Of a stretch of 64,000 bases of DNA, positions 1-13,586 are shown in pieces. The first letter of the stretch is position 1, and the number at the start of each line of letters is the position of its first letter. The notes under the pieces are model-generated. The model worked only from the letters and a program-made list of their open reading frames with translations. It was not told the DNA's origin and did not search any database. The stretch is from NCBI RefSeq assembly GCF_009914755.1, contig NC_060936.1; one strand, written 5' to 3'. A program made the translations under genes and the position numbers. The stretch is from the human T2T-CHM13v2.0 reference genome, Homo sapiens.

Positions 1-840
1 GGAGAGGATAATATTACTTCCATTATCACAGAGGGTGTATACCAACCTTGTGATATTGTTCCTAATATCAAGAGGAAAAAGATTGATGTTAATTGCAATA
101 CTGCTGGGAATGTACACCCAGGCTTGTGATTTGTTTCTATTGTGCAGGGAGGGAGAGGAGAATATTACTCCCATTATCACAGGGGGTGTATACCTTCTTG
201 AGATACTGTATATAATATCCAGGAAGAAAGATAATATTACTCCCTATAGAGAAAATAAACTGTGTGTACATCCCCCGTGATAGGGTTTGTAATATCCAGG
301 AGAAGAGAGTGATATTTCTCCTCCTATCGCGGGGATGCACACCCCTCTTTGATACGGTTTGTAATATCCAGGAGGGGAGAGGGTGACATTACTCCCCCTA
401 TCGCAGGGTTGCACACCCCCCTGTGATAGGGTTCGCAATATCCAGTGGGGGAGAGGGTGATATACTCCCCCTATCGCGGGGGGTGTACACTCCCCTGTGG
501 TAGGGTTTGTAATATCCAGGGTGGGGAGAAAGTGATATTACTCCCCCTATCGCGGGGCGTGCACAGTTCTTCGTGATGTCACACCCCCCTTTGTAATTAC
601 ACACTCCCCTGTGATAGGGTTCGTAATATCCAGTGGGGGAGAGGGTGACATTTCTCGCCCTGTTGAGGGGGGTGCACACCCCCCTGTGATAGGTTTCATA
701 ATATCCAGAGGGGCGAGAGGGTGATATTACTCCCCCTATCGTGGGGGGTGTAGACTCCCCTATGGTAGAGTTTATAATATCCAGGGTGGGGAGAAAGTGA
801 TATTACTCCCCCTATTGCGGGGCATGTATAGTTCTTTGTA
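1..840 (+). repeat. SATR1-type satellite, ~75-bp units (GC/CpG-richer variant block at ~270-840)
   Basis: Tandem units gatattactcccc(c/a)tatcgc(a/g)gggggtgtacacccc-ctgtgata...taatatccagg; array runs off the left window edge. Confidence 0.85.
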
Positions 841-1150
841 ATACCTACCTTGCAATTAGAAGTAACATTTTCCTAGAATATTTTAAATAATTTCACAGGG
901 TGTACACCTACTCTGCCATTAGAAGTAACATCTCCCCTATGCAATTACGAATAATATCACAAGGTGTACACCCACCGTGACATTAGGAGTAACATCTCAG
1001 TAGGATATTATGAATATTATCAATGGTTGTACCCTCATTGTGACATTAGGTGTAACATCTCCGTAGGATATTACGAATAATATAACTGGAAGTATACCCT
1101 GTATGATATTAGGAGTAACATCTTCTTTGGATATTATGAATAATATTAAT
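841..1150 (-). repeat. SATR2-type satellite units in inverted orientation
   Basis: Units read gtgacattaggagtaacatc...taggatattacgaataatatcac, the reverse complement of the units at 1180-5735. Confidence 0.85.
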
Positions 1151-1179
1151 TAACAATTACGATAATAATTATTAATATG

Positions 1180-4100
1180 ATATTATTCATAATTTCCTAG
1201 GAGAATGTTATTCCTAATGTCACAGTGTGTGTATACCATGTGTGTACACCTAGTGGTATTATTCATAGTATCCTAGAAAAATGTTACTCCTAATGTCACA
1301 GTGTGTGTACAGCATGTGTGCACAGTCTGTGATATTATGCATAACATCCTAGGGGGATGTTACATGGGTGTACATTCTATGATATTATCTTTAATATCCT
1401 CGGGGATGTTACTTTTAACGTCACAGTGGGTGTATAAGATGTTTGTATATCCTGTGTTATTGTTCATAATATCATGGGGGATGTTACTTGTAATGTCACA
1501 GTGAGTGTTAATACAAAATGTGTGTACTCCCAGTGATACTAATTGTAATATCCTAGGGAGATGTTACTCCTAAGGTCACAGTGGGTGTACACCATATGTG
1601 TATACCCCCTGTGATATAATTTGTAATATCTTGGTGAGATGTTATATTTAATGTCACCGTGGGTGTACAGTCTGTGGTATTATTTGTAATATCCTAGGGA
1701 GATGTCATACCTAATGTCACAGTGAGTGTACACGATGTGTGTACACCCTGTGATATTATTCATAATATTCTAAAAAAAGTTACTTCTAATGTCACAGTGG
1801 GTGTACATTCTGTGTGTACACCGTGTGATATTGTATGTAATATCCTAGGGGAATGTTACCCCTAATGTCACAGTGGGTTTACACTCTGTGTATATACTCT
1901 GTGATATTATTTGTAATATCCCATGGGGACATTACTCCTAATGTGACAGTTGGTGTACACCATGTGTGTTCACCCTGTGGTATTATTCGTAAAATCCTAG
2001 GGGAATGTTACTCCTAATTTCACAGTAAGTGTACACCATGTGTATACACCTTGTGATATTATTAGTGAAATTATAAGGGGATGTTACTTCTAATGTCTCA
2101 GTGGGTGTACATCATATGTGTACACCCTGTGATAATATTCGTTATATTATAGGTGGATTTTACTCCTAATATCACAGTGGTTGCACAGCCTGTGTATACA
2201 ACCTGTGATATTATTTGTAATACCCTAGGGAGATATTCCTTCTAATATCACAGTGGGTGTAGACCCTGTGATATTATTCGTAATATCCTCGGGAGATATT
2301 ACTCTTAATATCACAGTGGGTGTACAACTCTTAATATCACAGTGGGTGATATTAGCAGTAATATCCTAGTTGGATATTACACCCTATGTCACAGTGTGTG
2401 TACACCCTGTGATATTATTTGTAATATCCTTGGGAAATGTTACTCCTAATGTCACAGGTGATGTGTAACCAGTGATATTATTCGTTATATTCTATGATGA
2501 TGTTACTCCTAATTTCACAGGGGATGTACACTCTGATATTAATCGTAGTTTTCTAGGGGGATGTTAGTTTTAATTTCAAAGGGAGTATACACGCTGTGAT
2601 ATTATTCTTAATATCCTAGGGGGATGTTAATTCTAATATCACCAGGGGTGTCCTTTCTGTTATATTATTCTTACTATTCTAGGTGGATATTACTTCTAAA
2701 GTCAAAGAACGTGTACACTCCGTGATATTACTGGTAATATTTTAGGGGAATGTTCCTCCTAACATCACAATGAGTGTACACCCTGTGATATTATTCATAA
2801 TGTCCTAGGGAGATATTACTCTTAATATCACAGTGGGTGTACAACCTGTGATATTAGCAGTAATATCCTAGGAGAATATTACCACCAATGTCACAATGGA
2901 TGTATACCCTGTTATAGTATTCTATAGGGATGTTACTCTTAATGTCATGGGGGTTGTACTCCCTGTGGTATTATTCATAATATGTTACCAGGATGTTTCT
3001 CCTAATGTCACAGAGGGTGTAAACCTTGTGAAATTATTCGTAATATCCTTAAAAGATGTTACTCCTCATGTCACAGGGGGTGTACACACTGATATTATTC
3101 ATAATACCTTAGGAAGATGTTACTGCGAATGCCACAGAGGGTGTACACCCTGAGATATTATTCATAATATTTTGGAGGGATGTTACTTCTAATGTCACAA
3201 GGTGTGTACACACTGTGATATTATTTATAATATCCTAGGGGAATTTTACTCGTAATATAACAGAGGTTGTACACCCTGTGATATTATTTGTAATATTATA
3301 GGGGGGTGTTACTACTGTCAGAAGGAGTTTACGCCCTATGATGTTATTCCCAATATCCTAGGAAGATGTTACTTCTAATGTTACAGAGGGTGTACACCCT
3401 GTGATATTATTCCTAATATTTTAAAGGGATTTTACTCCTAATCTCACAGAGGGTGTACCCTCCTTGATGTTCTTCCTAATATCCTATGGGGATGTTACAC
3501 CTGATATCACAGGGGGTGCACACCTTGTGATATTATTCGTAATATCCTAGGGGAATGTTATTCCTAATGTCACAGGGATAGTACAGCATGTGTGTACACC
3601 CCTGTGACATTCTTAGTAATATCCTAGTGGGATGTTACTTTTAATATCACAAGGAGTGTACGCCTTATGTGTACACCTTCTATGATGTTATTCGTAATAT
3701 CCTAAGGGGATGTCACTCCTAATATCATGGGGGTGTACACCATGTGTGTACACACGCTGTGATATTATTTGTAATGTCCTAAGTGGCTGTTACTTATAAT
3801 GTCACTAGGGGTGTCACCATGTTTGTACACCCCCTGTGATATCATGCTTAATAACGTGTGGGGATTATACCTTTAATGTCACAGTGGTTGTATACCATGA
3901 CTGTACAACCCCTGTTATATTGTTCCTATTATGCTAGGAGGATATTATCCCTAACATTTTAGTGGATGTTACTCCTATAAAACAGGGGTTGTACACCATG
4001 TGTGTACTCCCCCTGTCATATTATTTGTAACATCCTAGGGGGATGTTATTCCTAATATCACAGGGAATGTCCACGACATGTGCACACCTCCTGAGATATT

Positions 4101-5735
4101 ATTTGTAATATCCTAACGTGACATTACTGCTAATGTCACAGGAGGTGTACTCCATGTGTGTACCACCAGTGATATTATTTGTAATATCCTAGGGAAATGT
4201 TACTGTTAATTTCACAGTGGGTTACACAATGTGTGTACACACTGTGATATAATTCATAATATCCTAGGGGGATATTACTTCTAATGTCACCGTGAGTGTA
4301 TAACATGTGTATACACCCTGTAATATTATTGTAATATTCTATGGAAATGTTAGTTCTAATGTGAAAATGGGTGTACACTGTGTGTCTACAGCCTGTGATA
4401 TTATTCGTATTATAATAGGGGGATGTTACTTCTAATGTCACAGTGGGTTTACACCGTGTGATATTATTTGTAATATTCTAGGGGGATATTACTCCTAATA
4501 TCACAGTGGGTGTACATGCTGTGTACACACTCTGAAATATTATTCACAATATCTTGGCAGATATTACTCCTAATATCACAGTGGATGTCAACTGTGGGAT
4601 ATTATTTGTAATATTCTGGGGAGACATTACTCTTAATGTTACAGTGAATGTACACCTTGGGATATTATTTGTAATATCTTGCAGAGATATTAATACTGAT
4701 ATCACGATGAATGGACACCCTGAAATATTATTTGTAATATCTTGGGGAGATATTACTCCTAATATCACAGTGGGTGTACACTCTGAGATGTTATTTGTAA
4801 TATCCTGGGGAGATATTACTCCTAATTTCACAGTGAGTGTATACCCAAATATATTATTGATAATATCCTGGGGAGATATTACTCCTAATACCACAGGAGG
4901 TGTACACCCTGGGATATTGTTCATAATATCCTGGGGAGTTATTACTGCTTATATCACAGTGGGTGTACACACTGTGGGTACACCCTGGGATATTATTAGT
5001 AATATTTTGAGGAGATATTAGTCTAATATCACAATAAGTGTACATCATATGTGTACACACGGGGAAGTCGTTCATAATATCTAGGGGAGATATTATTCTC
5101 GTAATATTACATTGGGTGTACAGCATGTACGTACACCCTGGATATTATTTGTAATATCCTGGGGAGATATTACTTTCCTAATACCACAGTGGGGTACAAC
5201 ATTTGTGTACAATCTGGGATATTATTGGTAATATCTTGCAGAAATATTACTCTTCTGATATCACAGAGGGTGTACACACATGGTGTGAATAATATCTGGA
5301 ATATTATTCATAATATTTTGGGGAGATCTTGCTCTCCTAATGTCACAGTGCATGTAGAACTTGTTTGTACATCCTGGGATATTATTCGTAATATCCTGGG
5401 GAGATATTGCTCTCCTAATATCAAAGTAGGTGTTCACCATGTTTGTACACCCTGGAATATTATTCATAATATCCTGGGGAGATATTACTCTGCTAATATC
5501 ACAGCAGACTTACATGTGTGTACACTCAGGGATATTATTCGTAAGATCATGGGAAGATATTACTCTCCTAATATAAAAGTGAGTGAACACCATTTGTGTA
5601 CAACCGGGGATATTATTCAAAATATCTTGGGGAGATATTAGTCTCCTAATATCACAGTGTATGCATACCATGTGTGTACACCCTGGGATATTATTCGTAA
5701 TATTCTGAAGACATATTACCCTCTTAATATCACAG
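1180..5735 (+). repeat. SATR2-type satellite, mixed 63-bp and ~76-bp units
   Basis: Unit gatgttactcctaatgtcacagtgggtgtacac(catgtgtgtacac)cctgtgatattattcgtaatatcctaggga; period 63 at 4560/4623/4686/4749 and ~76 where the 13-bp internal duplication is present. Confidence 0.85.
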
Positions 5736-8700
5736 TGTGCGATATTACACCCAATATCCAGAGGGTGTACACTCTTTCTTTGATATCGTTCCTAATATCC
5801 AGGGGGGAAGAAAATAATATTAATCCTAATATTGCAGGGGTTGTACACTCCCCTTGTAATATTGTTTCTAATATCTAGGGGAAGAGAGAATGATATTACA
5901 CAAGATACCTCAGGGGGTGTACATCTCCCAGTGATATTGTTCCTAATATCCAGAGGCAGAGGATGACATTATTCCCAATATCACAGGTGGTGTGCACCCT
6001 TTCTGTGATATTGTTCCTAATGTCCGGGGTGGGGGGAGTGGATGATATTATTTCCTATATCGCAGAGGATATACACCCCTCTTGTGATATGGTTCCAAAT
6101 ATCCAGGGGGTGAGAGGATGATATTACTCCCAATATCGTAAGGGGTGTACACCCCCCCTTGTGATATTGTTTCTTATATCCATGAGGGGAGAGGATGATA
6201 TTACTCCCAATATCGCAGTTGGTGTACACCCCTTCTGTGATATTGTTCCTAATATCTACGAGAGGTTAGGATAAGATTACTTTCAGTATTGCAGTGGGTT
6301 TACACCTTTCTTGTGATATTGTTCCTAATATCCAGGGGAGGAGACAATGATATTACGTCAATATCATAGAAAATGTACACTCACCCTGTGATATTGTTTC
6401 TAATATTTAGAGGGAGAGATAATAATATTACTCCGAAGATCACAGAGGGCATACAACCCTTGTGATATTGTATCTAATATCCAGGTGGGGTGAAAATGAT
6501 ATTACTCAAAGCATCACAGGGCGAGTACACCCCTCCTGTGATATTGTTCCTAATATCCAGGTGGAGAGATGACATTACTACCAACATCTCAGGGGGTAGA
6601 CCCCCCCCGTGATATTGTTTCTAAGATATAGGGGGTGAAAGTATAATATTACTCCCAATATATCAGGTAGTGTACACACCCCCTTTGATATTGTTCCTAA
6701 TACCCTGTAGGAAAGAAAATGATATTACTCCCAAAGTTGCGTGGGGTATACCCAACCCCTGTGATATTCTTCCTAATATCCAGGTGGGGAGAAAATATTA
6801 CACTCAATTTCGCAGGGGGTGTACACACCCACAGTGATATTGTTTATAATCTCCAGGGGGTAGAGCATGATCTTACTCTTAGTATCACAGGGGCTGTACA
6901 CCACTCCTGTGATATTGTTCCTAATATCCTGGGTGGGAGAGGATGTTATTACTCCCAATGTCACAGGGGGTGTACACCCACCCTGTGATATTGTTCCTAA
7001 TATCCAGTGGAGGAGAGGATGATGTTACTTCCAACATTACAGAAGGTACACACACACACCCGTGATATAGTTCTTAATATCCAGTGGGGCAGAGGATGAC
7101 ATTACTCTCAATATTGCAGGGGGTTTACATCCCCACTGTGATATTGTCCCTAATATCCGTTGGGGAAGAAAATAATATTAGTACCAATATCGCAGGGGGT
7201 GTACACCCTTCCTTTGATATTGTTCCTAATATACAGGGAAGAACAGAATGATATTACTCCCAATATCCTATGGGGTGTACACACCCCCTGTGCTATTGTT
7301 CCTAATAGCCATGGAGAGAGTGGATGGTATTACTTCCTATATCACAGGAAGTGTACACCACCCCTATAATATTGTTCAAAATATCCAGGGAAGGAGAGTA
7401 TGATGTTACTCAGAATATCGCAGGGTGTGTATGCCCTCTGTGATATTGCTTCTAATATTTAGGGGGAAAGAGAATGATCCCAATATCGCAGTGGGTGTAC
7501 ACCCCCCCGTGATACTGTTCCTAATTTCCAGGGGGAAACAGGATGATATTATTCCCAATATTGCAGAGTGTGTATACCCCCTGTGATTTTTTTTCTAATA
7601 TCCGAAGGAAAAGAGAATGATATTACCCTCAATATTGCAGTGGGTGTATACCCTCTGTGATACTGTTTCTAATATCCAAGGGAGGAGAGGATAACATTAT
7701 TCCCTATATCACAAGAAGTGTACACCCCCCTGTGATATAGTTCCTAGTATCCGAAGTGGGAGAGGATGGTATTACTGCCACTATCACAGGGTGTGTACAC
7801 CCACCCTGTGATATTGTTCCTAACATCCGGGTGGGGGGGGAGAAAATGATATTACTTTCAATATCACAGGGTGTGTACAATCCCCCCCTCCAAGTGATAT
7901 TGTTCCTAATATCCAGAGGGTGAGAGAATGACATTACTTCCAATATAGCAGTGAATGTACACCTTTTCTGGGATATTGTGCCTAATATCCTGGGGCAGAG
8001 GATGATATTACTCCCAATATTGCAGGAGTTGTACACCTCCCCTGTGATATTGTTCCTAATACCTAGCGGGGGAGAGGATGATATTACATTCAATATCGCA
8101 GGCGGTGTATACCGCCCCCTCCCCATGATATTGTTCCTAATATCTATGGTAAGAGAGGATGATGTTACTTTCAATATCGCTGGTGCTGTACACTCTTTCT
8201 GTGATATTATTCCTAATATCCAAGGGGGAGACCATGACCTTATTCCCAATATCACAGGAGTTGTACACCTTCCAGTGATATTGTTCCTAATATCCATGGG
8301 GGGAGAAAATGATATTATTCAAAATATGGTAGGGGTTGTACAGCCCCCATTTCATATTGTTCCTAATATCCAGGGGTGGAGAGGATGATATTTCTGCCAA
8401 TATCGCAGGGGTTGTACATCCACCTTGTGATATTGGTACTAATATCACGGGGAAAGAAAATATTACTTCCAATATAACATGAAGTGTACGACCACCCTGT
8501 GATGTGGCTCCTAATATCCAGTGGGGGAGAGGATAATATTACATCCAATATCGCCGAGGGTGTACACCCCTTCTGTGATATTGTTCCTAATATCCGGGGT
8601 GGGGGTGAGGATTATATTACCCCCAATATTACAGGGGGTGTGCAACCTCTCTGTGATATTTTTTCCTAATATCCAAGGGGAAGATTATAATATTACTTAC

Positions 8701-10730
8701 AATATCGCAGGGGGTGTACACTCCCCACTGAAATAATTCTTAATATCCAGGGGGTAAGAGAATGATATTACTCCCAATATCGCTTCAAGTGTAAACCCCC
8801 CTGTTTTTTTTAATGAAACTAGGGAGAGGATGATGTTGCTCCCAATATCACTAACGATGTACACCCTCTCTTTTATATTGTTCCTAATATCCTGAATGCA
8901 AGAGAGTGACATTACTCCCAATATCGCAGAAGGTGTACACCTCCCCCTGTCATATTGTTTCTAATATCCAGGGCTGGATAGAATGATACTCCCAAAATCG
9001 CAAGGGGTGTACTCCTCCCTGAGATATTGTTTCTAATATGTGGGGGTGGGGGGAGAGGATTTTGTTACATCCAACATCGCTGGTGGTCGACAGCCCCCTA
9101 CCCCTGCAGCGATATTGTTTCTAATATCCAGGGGGTGACAGGATGACATTACTCCCAATATCGCAGAGACTGTACACTTCACCTGTAATATTGTTCCTAA
9201 TATCCAGGAAGGGAGAGAATGATATTACTTCCAATATCTCATAGGCTGTACATCCCTCCTGTGATATCGTTCCGAATATCCATGAGGAAGAGGATGGTAT
9301 TACTCCCAATATCGCAGAAGGTGGTCAATTTGAGAGGACTTGATTTCTCTTTTGCCTGGGATTTTCCTTGCTCTTTGTTTTGTTTTGTTTGTTTGTTTTG
9401 AGATTTCACTCAGGACTAGTCTGGCTGTGAAGCTCGTATTGTATTATTTGTACAAGGTGAACTTGTTCATAATATCTAGGGGGAGAGAGGGTGATTTTAC
9501 TCCCAATATCGCAGGGGGTGTACACTTCACCAGTGATATTGTTGGTTATATCCAGGAAACAAGAAGATAATACTACTCCCAAAATCCAGGGAGTGTACAC
9601 CTTCCTGTGATATTGTTGCCAATATTCAGGGGGGGACAGGATATTATTCTCATTATCACGGGGGTGTACACCCCTTCATTGATATTGTTCTTAATACCCA
9701 GTTGGGGGAGAAGATGATATTACTCCCAATATCACGGGGGGGGGCGTCCCCCATGATATTGGAAGTAATATCTGGGGGGGAGAGAATGATTTTACTCCTA
9801 ATGTCACAGCATGTGTACACCTATTCTGTGGTATTGTTCCTAATATCCAGAAAGGGAGAGAATAATATTACTCCTAATATCACAGAAGGTGTACAGCCCT
9901 CCTGTGATATTGTTCCTAATATCCAGGGGGGAAGAAGATATTACTCCCAATATCGCAGGGGGTGTATACTCCACTTGTGATATTGTTCCTAATATCCAGG
10001 TGGGGAGAGGATGATATTCCTCCCACTATCGCAAATGGTGTACCCCACCCCCCTGATATTGTTCCTAATATTCAGACGGGGAGAGGATTATATTACTCTC
10101 AATATCACAGGGGCTGTATACTCTCCCTGTGTTATTGTTCCTAATATCCAGGGAGGGAGAGGATGATATTACTCCTAATACCGCAGGGGTTCTACACTCC
10201 TTCTGAGATATTGTTCCTAATATCCACTGTGGGAGAGGATGATATTACTCCTAATGTCGGAAGGGGTGTACACCCCAATGCAATATTGTTCCTAATATCC
10301 ACTGGGAAAGACAATGATATTACTCCCAATATCGCAGGGGGTGTACAGACCTCCTGTGATATTGTTCCTAATATCCAGTGGGGAGAAAGGATGATATTAC
10401 TCCCAATATTGCAGAGGCTGTACACAACCCCCACCCCCGCCGTGATATTGTTCCTAATATCCAAGGGAGGAGAAGATATTACTCCCAGAATCACAGGGGG
10501 TGTACACCGACCTTGTGATATTGTTCCTAATATCCATGGGGGTAGAGGATAATATTACTCCCAATGTCGCCGCAGGTGTACATCCCCCTTGTGATATTGT
10601 TTCTAATATCCAAAGGGGGAGAAGGTGATACTACTCCCTATATTGCACGGGGTGTGCACCCCCCTTGTGAGAGTGTCCCTAATATTTAGAGGGAGAGAGG
10701 GTGATATTGCTCTCAATATTGAAGTTGGGT
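5736..10730 (+). repeat. SATR1-type satellite, ~75-77-bp units
   Basis: Unit gatattactcccaatatcgcagggggtgtacaccccctgtgatattgttcctaatatccaggggggagaggat (period 77 at 6120/6197); interrupted by a 128-bp foreign insert at 9322-9449. Confidence 0.9.
9322..9449 (+). repeat. 128-bp exact direct copy of 15691-15818 inserted in the satellite
   Basis: Base-by-base identity at offset 6369; the ORF track shows the same peptide MISLLPGIFLALCFVLFVCFEISLRTSLAVKLVLYY at 9340 and 15709. Confidence 0.95.
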
Positions 10731-11064
10731 GATATTTCAGACTTAAAAATTATGTACAAAGAATTATACAATAATCGTCTTATATTGTTCAAGGAATAAA
10801 TGAGCAATATAGTTGATTTGTCCTGTATGCTTTTTTTTGATTGTCATCTTTCTATTCCATTATTCTCAAACACTTGTAACTATTATTCTAAATTTGGTGA
10901 AGGTAATTTCCATTTCTTTATACTTTCAGAGCATATTAAATGTTTATGTATATGGCATTATACTGTAAATATTTTTTGCATCATATAATAATCATCCATG
11001 TTGATATGAGTGGCTTTGGGTCATTGTTTTTTTGCTGCTACGTATTATCCCAAGCAAAACATTT

Positions 11065-11436
11065 GTGTTGTTTAAGTTGCTAAATTAGCACAAGTTTAGC
11101 AATATAAGCAACACAAATGTATTATCATACAGTTCTTTAGGACAGAAGTCTGACATGGACCTCACCAAGCTAAACTCAAGGGTAGATAGCACTATGTTCC
11201 TTCCTGGGGGCCTTGGTGAGAGAATTCATTTCCTTACCCCTTTAATCTTCTTAGAGGCTGCTTATATCCCTTAGCTCATAGTCCTACTTCCTTCATCTTC
11301 AAAGCCAGCAACATCAGGCCAAGTCCTTTCCATGCTGCCATCTCTCCAGTCATCTACTTCCTACCTCTTTCTTTCACTTCTAAGCACCCTTGTGATTACA
11401 CTAGGTCCAGCTGGATAATCCAGGGTAATCTTCCCA
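11065..11436 (-). mobile_element. MaLR LTR (MLT1C/D-like), partial
   Basis: Motifs cacaagtttagc...ttattatcatacagttct...ccttgtgattacactaggtccagctggataatccagggtaatct, typical of reverse MLT1. Confidence 0.7.
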
Positions 11437-11525
11437 CCCTCCAGAACTATGAGAAATAAATGTTCGTTTTTTATTCACTGCCCATATTATGTTACAGTTC
11501 TAGCAGCCTGAAGGGATCAAGACAA
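11437..11525 (+). mobile_element. MLT1 LTR 3' end fragment
   Basis: cctccagaactatgagaaataaatgtt...tagcagcctgaagggatcaagaca terminus. Confidence 0.55.
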
Positions 11526-11550
11526 ATAGTATATTGAAGTAAAAACAGTT

Positions 11551-11789
11551 CAGGTCAGGAGACAGAGACCATCCTGGCTAACACGGTGAAACCCTGTCTC
11601 TACTAAAAATACAAAAAACTTAGCTGAGTGTGGTGGCGGGCGCCTGTAGTCCCAGCTACTCAGAAGACGGAGGCAGGAGAATGGCGTGAACCCAGGAGGC
11701 GGAGCTTGCAGTAAGCCGAGATTGCGCCACTGCACTCCAGCCTGGGTGACAGAAGGAGACTCCGTTTCAAAAAAAAAAAAAAAAAAAAA
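11551..11789 (+). mobile_element. 5'-truncated AluY
   Basis: accatcctggctaacacggtg, gaatggcgtgaaccc and ggagcttgcag diagnostics; poly-A tail. Confidence 0.9.
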
Positions 11790-12149
11790 TTCAAAGTTTT
11801 ATTGTCATGTAACACAGATGATTTAAATGGATTTCTGTTTTAAAATTTTATAATTAAAATAGAAAACATTCAGACATGCTCTAAGTCCTGTTTTATTTGT
11901 CTTATAGATTACTACCCCTTTCTTCACAAAATAAAGATACCAGTTTCCTTAAAAAAGAAAAGTGACTAATATCATGGGAACATCAACTTTCCTACCTGGA
12001 TCATCCACTCCTTAATTATATGTCTTTAAGACTGGAATATAACGTGAAGCATTATCAAATAACAATAAGGTGGTTTTATTTAACCTTTTAGAAAAGCTTT
12101 TGAATAAAAATAAAGTTAAAAATATTTAATGGGTGGTAATGTATATATA

Positions 12150-12425
12150 CATCATAGTATGAAAGAATGTTCAGGGTATATTTTTAAGTTACAAAAGCAA
12201 GGCACAGAACAGTGTATGGTTTGATACATTTTGTAAAAGAACGAAGGGAAAATGAAAATATCTCAATAGAAACACTAACAGGATACACTATAAACTAATA
12301 AAAGTGATTTTAAAGAATGAAGACAGGAGTTGGAGCAAGAGTAACTGTATACCTTTTTATAGTGTTTTAATGTTCAAATCATATGAATGTACTACCTATT
12401 CCAAAATTAAATTAAATTAAATGTG
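12150..12425 (+). mobile_element. Old L1ME-type 3' fragment
   Basis: aaaagcaaggcacagaacagtgtat...atgaatgtactacctattccaaaattaaa resembles L1ME 3' ends. Confidence 0.45.
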
Positions 12426-12576
12426 AAAGAGATACAAATAGGCACCAATTTGCCATTTTATTGTTTTCAATATAAGAGTACAGCTGTTACAGAGATGCCT
12501 GATTTTAATCATAGCAGCAATTTAGGAAAGAAATTTGCTCAAAATGTTAGGTAACAAGATAACTGGTATTTAATGC

Positions 12577-12762
12577 AGTGATTCTCAAATTTTATGGTGC
12601 ACAAAATAACCCAGGTGATTTGCTAAAAATCTATATTCTTTAGGGTGTAACCCAGTTTATGGATTAATAGGTTTGAAATGGGGTTAAAAATATGTATTTT
12701 AACAAGAACCCTTGGTAATTTTCATTCAGAAGTTTATTGACTCTACTTTCAGTAATCTTGGC
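12577..12762. mobile_element. MER5-like hAT-Charlie MITE
   Basis: cagtgattctcaaa start; ttttaacaagaacccttggtaattttcat internal motif. Confidence 0.55.
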
Positions 12763-13055
12763 TTAATTTCTGGGAACCAAATATATTAAAATTTTTGTGC
12801 TGTTGCAATATTAACAGATTCTCAAAGATAGCAAACAAATCATTCCTTTAATGCCTGAAAACATCATTTCTAACAGGAATAGTTTTCCTTGTTTTCAAAT
12901 TTGACATGAATTCATTGCATTGATTAATTTAGAAAGTTAATGTTTGCAAACCCAAATCTTTATATCTAACACTAATAGGTAATGTTATATAATAAACCAT
13001 AAGAAGAGAGTAAAGAACATTGCAGGGTTAATATTTCAGTAAAAAGGAAAGGCTC

Positions 13056-13586
13056 TGTATTACTGAGCATTCCCCAGAGAAACAGAACCAATAGGACATA
13101 AGAGATGCATTATGGGAATTGGCTCACTTGATTTTGGAGTCCAAGAAGTCCCATGGTATGCCTTCTGCAAGCTAGAGAACCAAGAATCGACTGGTGTTAT
13201 TTAGTCTGTGTCTGAAGGCCTGAGAACCAAGGCGGTGAGTGAGGAATGGGAGAGAGCAAATGATGCAAGCCTCGAGGTCGGAGAACCAGGAGCACCCATG
13301 TCTGAAGGCAAGAGAAGATGCATATCCCAGCTCAAGAAGAGGGAGAGAGAGAATTCACTCTTCCTCTGCCTTTAGTTCTATTCAGGCCCTCAATGGATTA
13401 GATAACATCCACCCACCCACATAGGTGGATGGATCTGTTATACTTAGTCTACTGATTCATATGCTAATCTCTTCCAGAAACATCCTCACAGAACACCAAG
13501 ACACAGAACACCAAGAAACAATGTTTTACCAGCCATCTGGGCATCCCATAGTCCAGTCAAGTTGACATGTAAAATTAACCATCACA
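13056..13586 (-). mobile_element. ERVL solo LTR (MLT2C/D-like)
   Basis: tgtatta...cagagaaacagaaccaatagg at one end and caagttgacatgtaaaattaaccatcaca at the other. Confidence 0.85.

Noticed and set aside
35-10552. Many repetitive ORFs (VHP-CDIV-PNI motifs) in the satellite
   Set aside because: Translations of tandem units on both strands with constant frameshifts; not a repeat protein.
1180-10730. CRISPR-like appearance of palindromic repeats
   Set aside because: No unique spacers, units are degenerate, and the context is a primate genome; this is satellite DNA.
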